64,000 bases of DNA from an uncultured Bacilli bacterium (GTDB lineage Bacteria > Bacillota_I > Bacilli_A > RF39 > UBA660), in contig OZ006981.1 in the NCBI GenBank assembly GCA_963931185.1, positions 929,626-993,625 of the forward strand. Direction: 5' to 3'. Made by a program: the position numbers and the translations under genes. Positions within the stretch are counted from its first letter, which is position 1. Each line of letters begins with the position of its first letter. Shown piece after piece: positions 48,526 to 59,318 of the stretch. The notes beneath the pieces are model-generated. The model was not told the origin of the DNA, did not search any database, and saw only the letters and a list, made by a program, of their open reading frames with translations.

Positions 48526-48946
48526 AATTACTTTAATAAAATATTACTTTTTTCAATAAAGATGTTATGATAATTATTACCAAGAGTATTTTTAATAAAA
48601 GGTAAAAAAATTAGTAATGTTTTAATTTGAAGTTTTCATATAAGAATAAATATTTGATTTATAATTATTCAATTAATTTTTCAGCAAACTATAATTTTTA
48701 TGATTTAAAGTATATAATAAGTCTTGATAAATTATATAAAATTCTTATAATTCATTATCTAAATTAATTGATAAATAAACAATGTTTCTTCCTATAATTA
48801 TCTGTTTTATTTAAATTTCCTATAATGACATTTTCAATAAACGTTTCAAATCAATAGTAATGATGCATTTTAAGTTTAAATTAGAATTTATAATATCTTT
48901 ACTTAATTTAATCATAATGATAAAATTACTATGGTGATGATTAGTT

Positions 48947-49534
48947 ATGAAAAAATATTGGAAAATAATAATTATTATAGTTGGTATAATTGCTGTTTTT
49001 GCTTTGTTTTTATTAATTTATTTTAAAGTTACTTTTATTGGAAAAGATGCTGTAAAAAAAATAGTTATTGATAATATGAATGTTTCAAGTAGTGAAGTTT
49101 ATTTTGAAAGCATTGAATTAGAACTTGATAAGAATTATTATGAGGTTGAAGTTTACTATAAAAATAGAGATTATGAATATAAAATACATGCCAAAGAAGG
49201 AAAAGTAATATATACTGACTTTTTAAGTTACGATAACAATAACAATACTAATAATAATGGTAATAATATCAACGGTAATGGTAATTCAAATGGTAATGGA
49301 AATAGTAATTCTAATAATGCAAAAATTAGCTTACAAGAAGCTAGAAATATTGCTTTAGCTCATGCTAATTTAGATGTTAGTGTTGTTAACATGGTAAAAT
49401 GTGAAAGTGAATATGATAATGGTATTTTAATTTATGAAGTAGAATTTACTTATAACAATTATGAATATGATTATAAAATAGATGCTAGGACAGGAGAAAT
49501 TGTTAGCTTTGATAAAGATAATATTTATAATTAA
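48947..49534 (+). CDS. Membrane-anchored protein with two PepSY domains and an Asn/Gly linker
   Basis: TM helix IIIIVGIIAVFALFLLIYF. PepSY-like YYEVEVYYKNRDYEYKIHAKEGKVIY and ILIYEVEFTYNNYEYDYKIDARTGEIVSF. Confidence 0.75.
   Translation: MKKYWKIIIIIVGIIAVFALFLLIYFKVTFIGKDAVKKIVIDNMNVSSSEVYFESIELELDKNYYEVEVYYKNRDYEYKIHAKEGKVIYTDFLSYDNNNNTNNNGNNINGNGNSNGNGNSNSNNAKISLQEARNIALAHANLDVSVVNMVKCESEYDNGILIYEVEFTYNNYEYDYKIDARTGEIVSFDKDNIYN
49232..49318 (+). repeat. Coding low-complexity AAT/GGT-rich tract (Asn/Gly linker)
   Basis: Encodes DNNNNTNNNGNNINGNGNSNGNGNSNSNN. Imperfect trinucleotide repeats. Confidence 0.7.
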
Positions 49535-49648
49535 TTTTAGAAAACCATCTATATAAATGTATTGCAGAAGATTTGAAAAAAGGAATTTTAGAAGTTATTT
49601 ACAAATGATTAATCTTTTAAAAGATTTAATAATTGAAGGAGAAAATTT

Positions 49649-50539
49649 ATGAAATCATATAAAAAAATATTAATAGCTTTTATTTTAAATATTTCGTTTT
49701 CAATTTTTGAATTTATTGGTGGATTGTTTACAAATAGTATATCAATTATGTCAGATGCAGTACATGATTTTGGCGATGCATTAAGTATTGGCACATCACT
49801 AGTATTAGAAAAGATAAGTAAAAGAAAACCTGATTCATCATATACCTATGGTTATGCAAGATATTCTATACTAGGAGCATTGATTACAACTATCGTTTTA
49901 ACAATTGGTTCAATTTTTGTTATAACAAATGGAATAAGTAGAATATTAAATCCAGAAGTTATAAATTATAATGGAATGATATTGTTTGCTATATTTGGTG
50001 TATTAATTAATTTTACAGCAGCTTACTTTACAAGAGATGGAGAATCAATTAACCAAAAAGCTGTCAATTTACATATGTTAGAAGACGTTTTAGGTTGGGT
50101 AATAGTTTTAATTGGTTCTATATTAATAAAATATACAAACATTTCAATATTAGATTCAATTATGTCTATTTGTATCGCAATATTTATATTAATAAATGCA
50201 TTTAAAAATATGAAAGAAATATTGGATTTGTTTTTAGAAAAAACTCCAAAAAATATATCTATTGAAAAAATTAAGTATCATATAATGAAAATAAAAGGAA
50301 TTGCTGATGTTCATCATATTCATGTCTGGAGTATGGATGGAATAGCTAATTATTCTACTATGCATATAGTTACAAAAGAAAAAAACATTAAAGAAATAAA
50401 AAATAAAGTTAAAGAAGAAATGAAAAAACATAATATTATCCATACAACTATTGAAGTTGAAGAAACCAATGATGACTGTAATGAAAAAGATTGTATTGTA
50501 AAAATAGATAATGAGCATTCGACTCACCATCATCATTAA
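49649..50539 (+). CDS. Cation diffusion facilitator transporter (CzcD/ZitB-like)
   Basis: Six TM helices, SDAVHDFGDALS motif, HMLEDVLGW, C-terminal His-rich tail EHSTHHHH. Confidence 0.85.
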   Translation: MKSYKKILIAFILNISFSIFEFIGGLFTNSISIMSDAVHDFGDALSIGTSLVLEKISKRKPDSSYTYGYARYSILGALITTIVLTIGSIFVITNGISRILNPEVINYNGMILFAIFGVLINFTAAYFTRDGESINQKAVNLHMLEDVLGWVIVLIGSILIKYTNISILDSIMSICIAIFILINAFKNMKEILDLFLEKTPKNISIEKIKYHIMKIKGIADVHHIHVWSMDGIANYSTMHIVTKEKNIKEIKNKVKEEMKKHNIIHTTIEVEETNDDCNEKDCIVKIDNEHSTHHHH

Positions 50540-50741
50540 TAAAAAATATTTAATATCTAAAATAAAAAAGATTAGAAAATTAAAAAAATTATTGTTATAA
50601 TTTTTAGACTATTGACAAATAAATGTTAATTGTTTTTTTATTTATAAATAAAAAATTAAATATAAATAACAATACTATACTATTAAATAATAAAAATAAA
50701 CGATAAAATATGCTATAATTTCATTAAGAGGTGATTAGTTG

Positions 50742-52442
50742 ATGGGGACTATTAGAGAATTTATGGATCAAGCTGAAGGCGGAAAATTAATATTACCATC
50801 TATACAAAGAGAATATGTATGGAACGAAGAACAAATCTGTAGACTATTTGATTCAATAATGAGTGAATATCCAATTGGTCATATGATGTTGTGGAAATTA
50901 GATGGAAGTAAAATAAATGAAAAAGGGATAACATTTTATAAATTATTAAATAATTATAATGAAATGATTCCAGAAAACAATGAGAAACTTGAAAACCCAT
51001 CACCTGATAAAACTTATTTTGCTATATTAGATGGACAACAAAGAACACAATCATTATATATTGGTTTAAAAGGTTATTTAAAATTAAAAATATATAGAGC
51101 ACGAAAAAATAATGTAGAATCCTATAAAAATAAATATTTATATATTAACTTAATAGGAGAAGAAAGTGAACTTGATGAATATAAATATGAATTTAAATTT
51201 TTTGCCGATGAAGAATTAAAAAACAAAGAAAATGAAAATAAATTTTTCTTTAGAGTAGGCAAAATATTGCAATATGATAGATTACCTAATATAAATGATA
51301 TCGAAAATATTAAAAATATACAACTTAATGATGAACAAAAAAGAATAGCTCAAGATATTTTATTTAATTTATATCAAAAAATAAATGTTAATGACAGTAT
51401 ACTTCATTGGGATATTATTTCAAGTGATAAGTCATTGGATAATGTATTAAATATTTTTATAAGAACTAATAGTGGCGGAACTGTATTAAGTAAAACAGAT
51501 TTATTATTTTCTACTGTTGTAGCTAATTGGGAAGATGCAAGAAAAAATATTGAAGAGTTACTTGACAGAATTAATAATAAAGGTGGGCAAGGAGTAAGAT
51601 TTAATTTTACAAAAGATTTTATTATGAGAACTCTTATGTATCTATTGGATGAACCTGTAACATTAAAACTTAATGACATAAAAGATAATATACAAAGCAT
51701 GAGAGAAAACTGGGAATTATTAAGTAGTGCTATTTCAAAAGCTCCATCAGTATTAAAATATGCTGGATATAATGGAGAAAATTTAATTTCATATAATGCA
51801 GTTATGCCTATAATATATTATATATATAAAGGAGGATTTTTAAAGAAAACTGACACAATAGATTATAATCCTATGGAAGAACTAAAAAAATATTTAGTAA
51901 TTGCTCAAATGAAAAAATTATTTGGAGTTGCAAGCAATAATACTTTAACTAATGTTAGAAATGCCCTTATTGACAAAAATAAAAAATTGCGTAATAAATA
52001 TTTTAAACTCAATGATTTAAATAATGTTAATATTGTAGGAAACAGAGATTTCAGTGTAAACGATGAAATAATTGAATCGTGGTTTGAAGAAAATAAAAAT
52101 GACTATACTTTTATGATTTTAACATTGCTATATCCATGTGCTGATATTGAAAAAGTTAAATATCATCAGGATCACATGCATCCGGAGTCTAAATTAAAAA
52201 ACAATCCAAAATTTTACAATCTAAGAAATCGTTTAGCAAATCTTCAATTGCTTCCCGGAGATGAAAATGAAAGTAAAAACGACACAGACTTGGAAGAATG
52301 GTTAAACTTAGATAATGATAGATTAAAAAATACAAGGTATCTACCAGAGTGTTCTAAAAAAATTGAAGATTATGAAATTTTTTTGGAAGAACGAAAAAAG
52401 TTAATGAAAGAAGAATTATTAAAAATTTTAAAAATTAATTAA
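50742..52442 (+). CDS. GmrSD-family protein (DUF262 plus DUF1524), copy 2
   Basis: LPSIQREYVW, DGQQR (51030-51044), C-terminal HQDHMHPES...LANLQLLPGDENESKND. Confidence 0.8.
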   Translation: MGTIREFMDQAEGGKLILPSIQREYVWNEEQICRLFDSIMSEYPIGHMMLWKLDGSKINEKGITFYKLLNNYNEMIPENNEKLENPSPDKTYFAILDGQQRTQSLYIGLKGYLKLKIYRARKNNVESYKNKYLYINLIGEESELDEYKYEFKFFADEELKNKENENKFFFRVGKILQYDRLPNINDIENIKNIQLNDEQKRIAQDILFNLYQKINVNDSILHWDIISSDKSLDNVLNIFIRTNSGGTVLSKTDLLFSTVVANWEDARKNIEELLDRINNKGGQGVRFNFTKDFIMRTLMYLLDEPVTLKLNDIKDNIQSMRENWELLSSAISKAPSVLKYAGYNGENLISYNAVMPIIYYIYKGGFLKKTDTIDYNPMEELKKYLVIAQMKKLFGVASNNTLTNVRNALIDKNKKLRNKYFKLNDLNNVNIVGNRDFSVNDEIIESWFEENKNDYTFMILTLLYPCADIEKVKYHQDHMHPESKLKNNPKFYNLRNRLANLQLLPGDENESKNDTDLEEWLNLDNDRLKNTRYLPECSKKIEDYEIFLEERKKLMKEELLKILKIN

Positions 52443-52541
52443 ATTTTTAAAAAATATTATTTTAAATTTGAAAAGAATTAAAAGTTTATAACAATAAAAA
52501 TGATATAATTTTTTTGTTTATAAAAAGAAAGTAGGATATAA

Positions 52542-53438
52542 ATGAATCGCTTTAGAGAAGTAAAAATAGCAAGTATTGTTGGAATTTTAGGAAATTTATT
52601 TTTGCTTATCATTAAATCAATTATTGGAATTATATCAAATAGTCAAGCAATGATAGCTGATGCTTTTAATAGTGCAGGAGATATATTTTCTTCGTTTATG
52701 ACTTTTATTGGAAATAAAATAGCTAGTACACCATCTGATGATGACCATAATTTAGGTCATGGAAAGGCAGAATATATATATTCATTATTAATTAGTATTG
52801 TAATGATTTTAATGACATTTACAATTTTTAAAAATTCTTTTTCTTCAATTTTAAATGGAGGAAAATATACATTTTCAATTTGGTTAATTATTGTTTGCCT
52901 AATTACAATGATAATTAAAGCATCACTTTACATATACACTAACTCAATATCTAAAAAGTATAATAATTTATTAATAAAAGCTAACTCAAAAGATCATCGA
53001 AATGACTTCTTTATTACTACTTTAAATTTAATTTCAGTTATTTTTGCTGAAAATAACTTTTATTTGCTGGATGGAATAGTAGGAATTGGTATAGCCATTT
53101 GGATATTTATAACAGCTGTTAATATCTTTAAAGAAAGTTACGATGTATTGATGGACAAATCAATTGATAGTGTTACAAAACAAAAAGTATTTGAAATAAT
53201 AAAAAGACATAAAGAAGTGAAGAAAATTATTCATTTTAATTCCACACCAGTTGGGTATCGCTATCAAATATCTTTTACTATTTATGTTAACGGTAATCTA
53301 TCAACTTTCAAAAGTCATGATATTGCTAATAAATTGGAAAAAGAAATAATAAGAGAACTGGACGAAATATATTTAGCAGTAATTCATGTAAATCCAATGA
53401 AGATAACTGTAAAAAAATGTAATAATAAAAAAAAATAA
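52542..53438 (+). CDS. Cation diffusion facilitator transporter (FieF-like)
   Basis: ADAFNSAGDIFSS, about 6 TM helices, C-terminal cytoplasmic domain. Confidence 0.8.
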   Translation: MNRFREVKIASIVGILGNLFLLIIKSIIGIISNSQAMIADAFNSAGDIFSSFMTFIGNKIASTPSDDDHNLGHGKAEYIYSLLISIVMILMTFTIFKNSFSSILNGGKYTFSIWLIIVCLITMIIKASLYIYTNSISKKYNNLLIKANSKDHRNDFFITTLNLISVIFAENNFYLLDGIVGIGIAIWIFITAVNIFKESYDVLMDKSIDSVTKQKVFEIIKRHKEVKKIIHFNSTPVGYRYQISFTIYVNGNLSTFKSHDIANKLEKEIIRELDEIYLAVIHVNPMKITVKKCNNKKK

Positions 53439-53494
53439 AGAAAATAAAATTGATTGATTTTAAATAACTATATAAAATAAAAATAGGAGGATAT

Positions 53495-54283
53495 ATGAAA
53501 AAGTTAGATAATAAAGTAGCTATAATAACAGGTGGAGCTATGGGAAATGGTTTAGGGATAGCTAAAGTGTTCTTAAATTATGGAGCCAAGATAATTATAT
53601 TAGATTATGATAAGTCACTAGAAAGCACAGTGCTATCATTAAAAAATGATAATAATGCAGTTGAAGGATATTGTGTTGATATTCGTGATGCTAGTAAAGT
53701 AGCTGAAATTATTGATGAAGTTGGAAAAAAATATGAAGGAATAGATATTTTAGTTAACAATGCAGGAATATGCCGATTAGAAAAATTTGAAAGTATGAGT
53801 GATGAATTACGAGATATGCATTTTGATATTAATATAAAGGGAACTTGGAATGTTACAAAGTCTGCAATTAAATATATGAAAAAAAGAAATGCATCAATTA
53901 TTAATTTGTCTAGCGTAACAGGACCGATGGTAGCTGATAGCGGAGAAGTGGCCTATGCAACGACAAAAGCAGCAATTTTAGGATTTACTAAAGCACTAGC
54001 AAGAGAAGTAATAGATGATGATATTCGAGTTAATGCTATTATGCCAGGATACATAAGAACGCCAATGGTTGATAAAATGGCTATTGAAAGTAGTCCTAAT
54101 AATCCTGATAGTGTTATAGAAGGAATATCATCAGCAATTCCAATGAAAAGATTAGGAACAATTGAAGAGTTAGGAGAATTGGCAGCATTTTTAGCTTGCG
54201 ATGAATCATCATATATAACAGGACAAGGAATTGTAATAGATGGTGGAAGCACATTGCCTGAAACTTTAACAATGGGAGTATAG
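53495..54283 (+). CDS. Short-chain dehydrogenase/reductase (FabG-like)
   Basis: TGGAMGNGLG, NNAG, S...YATTKAA catalytic triad pattern. Confidence 0.9.
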   Translation: MKKLDNKVAIITGGAMGNGLGIAKVFLNYGAKIIILDYDKSLESTVLSLKNDNNAVEGYCVDIRDASKVAEIIDEVGKKYEGIDILVNNAGICRLEKFESMSDELRDMHFDINIKGTWNVTKSAIKYMKKRNASIINLSSVTGPMVADSGEVAYATTKAAILGFTKALAREVIDDDIRVNAIMPGYIRTPMVDKMAIESSPNNPDSVIEGISSAIPMKRLGTIEELGELAAFLACDESSYITGQGIVIDGGSTLPETLTMGV

Positions 54284-54355
54284 AACTACACTCCTATTTT
54301 TTTATTGACAAATTTTAACTATTATATACAATAATACATACATTGGGAGATGCCT

Positions 54356-55558
54356 ATGAAAAAAAAATATAGTAATGAAATTATTTTTAATTATATTTCT
54401 GGAAATGACTTAGACAGATACAGTATAGACGAATTAGAAGATGATCCGAAATTTATGATTGATGTTATGAGAGTTACTCATGATAAAAGAATGTATAATC
54501 TATGTTCTAGCTCAGTAAAATTAAATAGTTCGTTTGTTGCAGCAATAATTGAAATTTTCAAAGATGATATTGATTTTGTAACTAAAATTGTTAATCCATA
54601 TTTTGAAAATAGCGATGTAGAAGTCATAGAAAAGATTAAAATTAGCATTATGCTAGAAAGATTGTTTAATAATGAAATTCAATTTGATACTGAAAAATAT
54701 CGATTAAAAAATTTATCATTTTATTTTTTTACTATGCAAAATGTAGCAAAATTTTATAAAACAGAGGATAAAGACATCGTTGAAAATTGTACACCATTTC
54801 AACTTGTAGAAGTATTGTTTCCTGAACAAAAAATATTAAAAGATTATATTGCTCAACAAATGATAGATGAGATATTTTTTGAAAGATTAGATTGTAGCTT
54901 TAGTGGATTATTACATATTTCTTTTAAAAGCAGCGAAGAATTAGAAAAATATGGGGAGAGAACGTTTCTTTTAGATTATTTAAGAAAAATAGATCCAATA
55001 TTAAGTGATTATATTTCATGTTCACCGGAATTGCTATCTGACATTGTAAAAAGTATGAAGTATATAAAGAAAAATTGGAATATATATAATGATTATTTAA
55101 ATGAAGAAAAAATAGAAAAAGTATTAGATGCAGCAGAAGAATATTTAAACGAAAGAAAATTAAGCTTTTTAGCTAGTATTGAAGATATAGTAAGAGAAGC
55201 AATAGAACCTTTAGGATTACAAGAATTATTTGCCGAATATATAAAAGGATTAAAAGATATAGATTGTGAAAATATTGATATTAATGATGAACCCTTCGAA
55301 TTATTAGACGAATATGAGAGTGCAGATTTTTCTGACAACATTTATAAGGAATGTATGAAAGAAGAAAAATCAAGTTTAGGATATTTAGGATTTGTTAAAT
55401 ATATTAGAGAATATGCTAAAAAAATATTTTTTCCAGAAAAAACTCATAATATTGGCGATAAAACAGAATTAGATAGTGATTATGGTAAAGATTCTAGTAA
55501 TGAGCAATATAAAAAAATAATAAAATATGATTTTAAAAATAGGCATCCAATTAAATAA
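54356..55558 (+). CDS. Hypothetical acidic cytoplasmic protein
   Basis: About 400 aa, no motif recognised. ATG 54356 preferred over 54350 (GGGAGA spacing). Confidence 0.6.
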   Translation: MKKKYSNEIIFNYISGNDLDRYSIDELEDDPKFMIDVMRVTHDKRMYNLCSSSVKLNSSFVAAIIEIFKDDIDFVTKIVNPYFENSDVEVIEKIKISIMLERLFNNEIQFDTEKYRLKNLSFYFFTMQNVAKFYKTEDKDIVENCTPFQLVEVLFPEQKILKDYIAQQMIDEIFFERLDCSFSGLLHISFKSSEELEKYGERTFLLDYLRKIDPILSDYISCSPELLSDIVKSMKYIKKNWNIYNDYLNEEKIEKVLDAAEEYLNERKLSFLASIEDIVREAIEPLGLQELFAEYIKGLKDIDCENIDINDEPFELLDEYESADFSDNIYKECMKEEKSSLGYLGFVKYIREYAKKIFFPEKTHNIGDKTELDSDYGKDSSNEQYKKIIKYDFKNRHPIK

Positions 55559-55686
55559 AAATAGTCAGATTAATAAAAATAAAAGTTCTATGAAAATATA
55601 GAGCTTTTTATTTACTATAATTTACACAAAAAATATATAAGATTTTTTTTATATATGGTATAATTTTTCAGTAAAGGAAGAATATT

Positions 55687-56625
55687 ATGAAAAAAATAAT
55701 TGAAGTTAAACATTTGACTAAGAAATATAGGAAAATAAAAGCTATAGACAATTTGTCTTTTTATGTTTTTGAAAATGAAATTTTAGGACTTCTAGGACCT
55801 AATGGAAGTGGCAAGACAACTACTATAAATGCAATGCTTTCACTTTTAAGTTATGACAAAGGAAATATTTATTATTTAGGAAAAGAAATAACTCCAGATT
55901 CATATGACATAAAAAAAGAAATTGGCGTTGTATTTCAAGAAATTGCTGTATTTGATGAGTTAACAGTATATGAAAATATTGATTATTTTTGTGGATTATA
56001 TATTGAAGATAAAAAAATAAGGGAAAAGTATGTTGATGATGCAATTAAATTAGTAAAACTAGAACAATTTGTTAATTATAAACCAAAAGCATTGTCTGGA
56101 GGATTAAAAAGGCGTTTAAATATTGCTTGCGGAATTGCTCATAAACCTAAAATTATCTTTCTTGATGAACCAACAGTAGCTGTTGATCCGCAAAGTAGAA
56201 ATAATATTCTGGAAGGAATTAAAAAACTTAGAGAAAATGGGGCAACAGTCATATACACAACCCATTATATGGAAGAAGTTGAAAAAATTTGTGACAGAAT
56301 AATTATATTAGACAAAGGAAAAATAATTTGCCAAGGAACAAAAGAAGAATTAAAACAATTGACAGGAATTGAGGAGAAAGTAACAATTGAAATAAATAAT
56401 CTAGATAGAAATCATATTGAAAAATTTAAAAAATTACAAAATGTAAAAAATGTTGAATATAGATTTGAAAATTTAGAAATAACTTTTATAAAAGGGAAAA
56501 ATAATTTTACCAAATTAATTGATTATTTAAAGAAAGAAAAAATTAGTTATAATAAAATTTATTCTGAAATGCCTACGTTAAATGACGTCTTCCTTGAGTT
56601 AACAGGAAAGGATTTGAAAGACTAA
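55687..56625 (+). CDS. ABC transporter ATP-binding protein (ABC-2 type)
   Basis: GPNGSGKTT, LSGGLKRRL, IIFLDEPT, TTH. Confidence 0.9.
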   Translation: MKKIIEVKHLTKKYRKIKAIDNLSFYVFENEILGLLGPNGSGKTTTINAMLSLLSYDKGNIYYLGKEITPDSYDIKKEIGVVFQEIAVFDELTVYENIDYFCGLYIEDKKIREKYVDDAIKLVKLEQFVNYKPKALSGGLKRRLNIACGIAHKPKIIFLDEPTVAVDPQSRNNILEGIKKLRENGATVIYTTHYMEEVEKICDRIIILDKGKIICQGTKEELKQLTGIEEKVTIEINNLDRNHIEKFKKLQNVKNVEYRFENLEITFIKGKNNFTKLIDYLKKEKISYNKIYSEMPTLNDVFLELTGKDLKD

Positions 56626-57764
56626 TGTTTTTACATAATTTTAAATATAGTTTTCTTTTTTTGTTAAAGAATAAAAGTTTAGTTTTTTGGACTTTCTTTT
56701 TTCCTATAATTCTTGGAACATTTTTTTATATGACATTTTCTAATATTGAAAACAACGAGAAGTTAAAAAAGATTAATATTGCTATAATTAATAATGAGGA
56801 ATTAAAAAATGATAAATTATTATTATCGGTTTTAGGTTATTTATCAGAAGATAATAATAATGAAATTTTTTCAACAATTTATACTGATTTAGAAAAAGCA
56901 AAAGAATTGCTAGAAAATAAAGAAATAATAGGTTATTTAGAAATAAAAAATAGTAAATATTTAATAACAATAAAAGAAAATGGAATTGAACAGACAATAT
57001 TTAAATATATTATAGACGAAATTATTGAAACAAAAATAATAATTAAAGATATAAGTAGTACTGAAAAAAATATTAATTTAGAAGAGTTATATAATAAAAT
57101 TAATAATAACATTACTAAAGTTGTTGATATGTCATCTGATAATTTGAGTTATACAATGATTGAATATTATACTCTTATCGCTATGAGTTGTTTATATGGT
57201 GGAGTATTTGGAATGTATGCAATAAATAACATTTTAGCAAATATGAGTAAGCAAGGGGCAAGAGTAGCAATTTCAAGTATCAAAAAACGTACCCTTTTGT
57301 TAAGTAGTTTATTAGCAGCATTTTTAATTCAATTAATAGGTTCTCTTTTGCTTTTAAGCTATACTATTTTTATTTTAAATGTTGATTATGGTAACAATAT
57401 TGTTAATACTTTAATTATGACAGTAACAGGTAGTATAGCAGGACTAACGTTAGGAGTGGCAATAGCAGCGTTATTTAAAACAAATGAAAATATAAAAATA
57501 GGAATAATATTGTCAATTACTATGTTAGGTAGTTTTTTATCAGGTATGATGGGAATAACAATGAAATATATAGTTGATAAGAATATGCCCTTATTAAATA
57601 TAATAAATCCAGCTAATATGATAACAGATGGTTTCTATTCTATTTATTATTATCAGTCAATGGATAGATTTTATTTTAATATTATAAGCCTGTTAATATT
57701 TTCTTCTATAATGGTAATGATATCTATTGTTAGATTAAGGAGTCAAAAATATGATAGTATTTAA
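56625..57764 (+). CDS. ABC-2 family permease
   Basis: N-terminal TM helix, large extracytoplasmic loop, about 5 C-terminal TM helices. ATGA-type junction with the ATPase gene. Confidence 0.75.
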   Translation: MFLHNFKYSFLFLLKNKSLVFWTFFFPIILGTFFYMTFSNIENNEKLKKINIAIINNEELKNDKLLLSVLGYLSEDNNNEIFSTIYTDLEKAKELLENKEIIGYLEIKNSKYLITIKENGIEQTIFKYIIDEIIETKIIIKDISSTEKNINLEELYNKINNNITKVVDMSSDNLSYTMIEYYTLIAMSCLYGGVFGMYAINNILANMSKQGARVAISSIKKRTLLLSSLLAAFLIQLIGSLLLLSYTIFILNVDYGNNIVNTLIMTVTGSIAGLTLGVAIAALFKTNENIKIGIILSITMLGSFLSGMMGITMKYIVDKNMPLLNIINPANMITDGFYSIYYYQSMDRFYFNIISLLIFSSIMVMISIVRLRSQKYDSI

Positions 57765-58899
57765 GACATTTTTTAAAGTAGTTAAAGAGTATAAATATAC
57801 AATACTATTGTATACATTAATTTTGTTTTTTTTCGCAATATTTAATTTAGAAGTAAATAACAATAATATAGGGTTTACTGCTGAAAAACCAAATATATTG
57901 ATAGTTAATAATGACTATGAAAGTAAAATAATTGATAATTTATATAATTATCTAGAACAAAATTCAAATATAAAAAACATAGAAAACGATAAAGATAAAA
58001 TAAATGATGCGCTTTTTTATAGGGATATTAATTATTTAATAATAATACCAAAAAATTTTACTGATTATATTTTAAATAATAAAGAAACAAAGATTTATGT
58101 TAAAACAACAAAGGATGCTAATTCTAAATATATGGATATGCTTTTGAATAGATATTTAAAATTAATTAATATATATAAAAATGATTATGACAATGTAGAT
58201 AATTTAATTAGCAAAATTAATTCTATTCTAAAAGAAGAAAGCCATATAGAAGTTTCTTCAAATATAAAAGTTAACAATTTATTAAAAACTACAATTTATT
58301 ACAATTTTGCCAATTATAGTTTATTAGCAAGTTGCCTTTTCGTAATAAGTACAGTATTAAATAGTTTTAAGCAAGAGATGATTAATAAGAGAATAATTGT
58401 AAGCAGTTGTAATTATAAAAAGCACAATAAAAATTTATTTTTAGCAGCTTTAAGTTTTTCGGTAATAATTTGGATAATATATGTGTTTATTAGTTTAATT
58501 TTAATTAAAGAAGCTATGTTTAGTTGGTATGGACTTTTATACATGTTCAATTCATTTGTTTTTATGGTGTGTGCCTTAGCATTATCTTTTTTATTAGGAA
58601 CAATTATAAATTTAAAAGAAGCCATTAATGGTATAGTAAATGTAATTGCATTGGGGAGTAGCTTTCTATGTGGTGCTTTTGTACCAAGTAAATATTTACC
58701 GGAATTTGTAATTAATATTTCTAAATTATTGCCATCGTATTATTTTATAAATAATAATGAATTTATAAGCCAAATAGAAACTTTTAATTTTAATAGTTTA
58801 ACAAAGTATTTTATAAATATTTTTGTTATTATAATATTTATAATATTATTTATAATTTTAAATAATTTAGTTTCTAAAAATAAAAGGAAAACAAACTAA
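57751..58899 (+). CDS. ABC-2 family permease (second subunit)
   Basis: Same topology as the preceding gene, overlapping it by 14 nt. Confidence 0.75.
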   Translation: MIVFKTFFKVVKEYKYTILLYTLILFFFAIFNLEVNNNNIGFTAEKPNILIVNNDYESKIIDNLYNYLEQNSNIKNIENDKDKINDALFYRDINYLIIIPKNFTDYILNNKETKIYVKTTKDANSKYMDMLLNRYLKLINIYKNDYDNVDNLISKINSILKEESHIEVSSNIKVNNLLKTTIYYNFANYSLLASCLFVISTVLNSFKQEMINKRIIVSSCNYKKHNKNLFLAALSFSVIIWIIYVFISLILIKEAMFSWYGLLYMFNSFVFMVCALALSFLLGTIINLKEAINGIVNVIALGSSFLCGAFVPSKYLPEFVINISKLLPSYYFINNNEFISQIETFNFNSLTKYFINIFVIIIFIILFIILNNLVSKNKRKTN

Positions 58900-58973
58900 T
58901 AGTAGTTTTAGGCAATTAAAATATCTCTATTTTTAAATATTTCATATTATAGACTAGATAGGAGGAATAATAA

Positions 58974-59186
58974 ATGTTTAATACATTAGGGTGCCCAAGA
59001 CAAAATACTTTTAATCAAAATTTTTCTGGTGATAATGAAATTAGTATGAATATTGATGTAAATATGAATAATAATCAGCAGATGGGAACACAATCAATAA
59101 TGGGTGGAACACAACAACCTATTATTGAACCAATGCAAGAAAGAGTTATCAATAGAACAATTATGCATGAAGTACCACAAGATTGA
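58974..59186 (+). CDS. Small Asn/Gln-rich protein, weakly CotD-like
   Basis: GGAGG RBS. C-terminal PIIEPMQERVINRTIMHEVPQ resembles the repeat of CotD-type spore-coat proteins (from memory, weak). Confidence 0.35.
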   Translation: MFNTLGCPRQNTFNQNFSGDNEISMNIDVNMNNNQQMGTQSIMGGTQQPIIEPMQERVINRTIMHEVPQD

Positions 59187-59234
59187 TAATTTATGATAGA
59201 CCAAATAAAATGAGATAAAATAAGCACGAAATAG

Positions 59235-59262
59235 AAGGCATTTTGATGAAGAATGCCTTTTT
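59235..59262 (+). terminator. Rho-independent terminator
   Basis: AAGGCATT-loop-AATGCCTT followed by TTTT. Confidence 0.6.
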
Positions 59263-59318
59263 GTGTGGTATAATAATTACTATAATTTAATCATTATATA
59301 ATTTTTAGGGGAGGTAGT

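Noticed and set aside
49232-49318. Possible CRISPR or tandem-repeat array
   Set aside because: The repeats are imperfect trinucleotides inside an intact ORF (an Asn/Gly linker). There is no repeat-spacer structure anywhere in the window.
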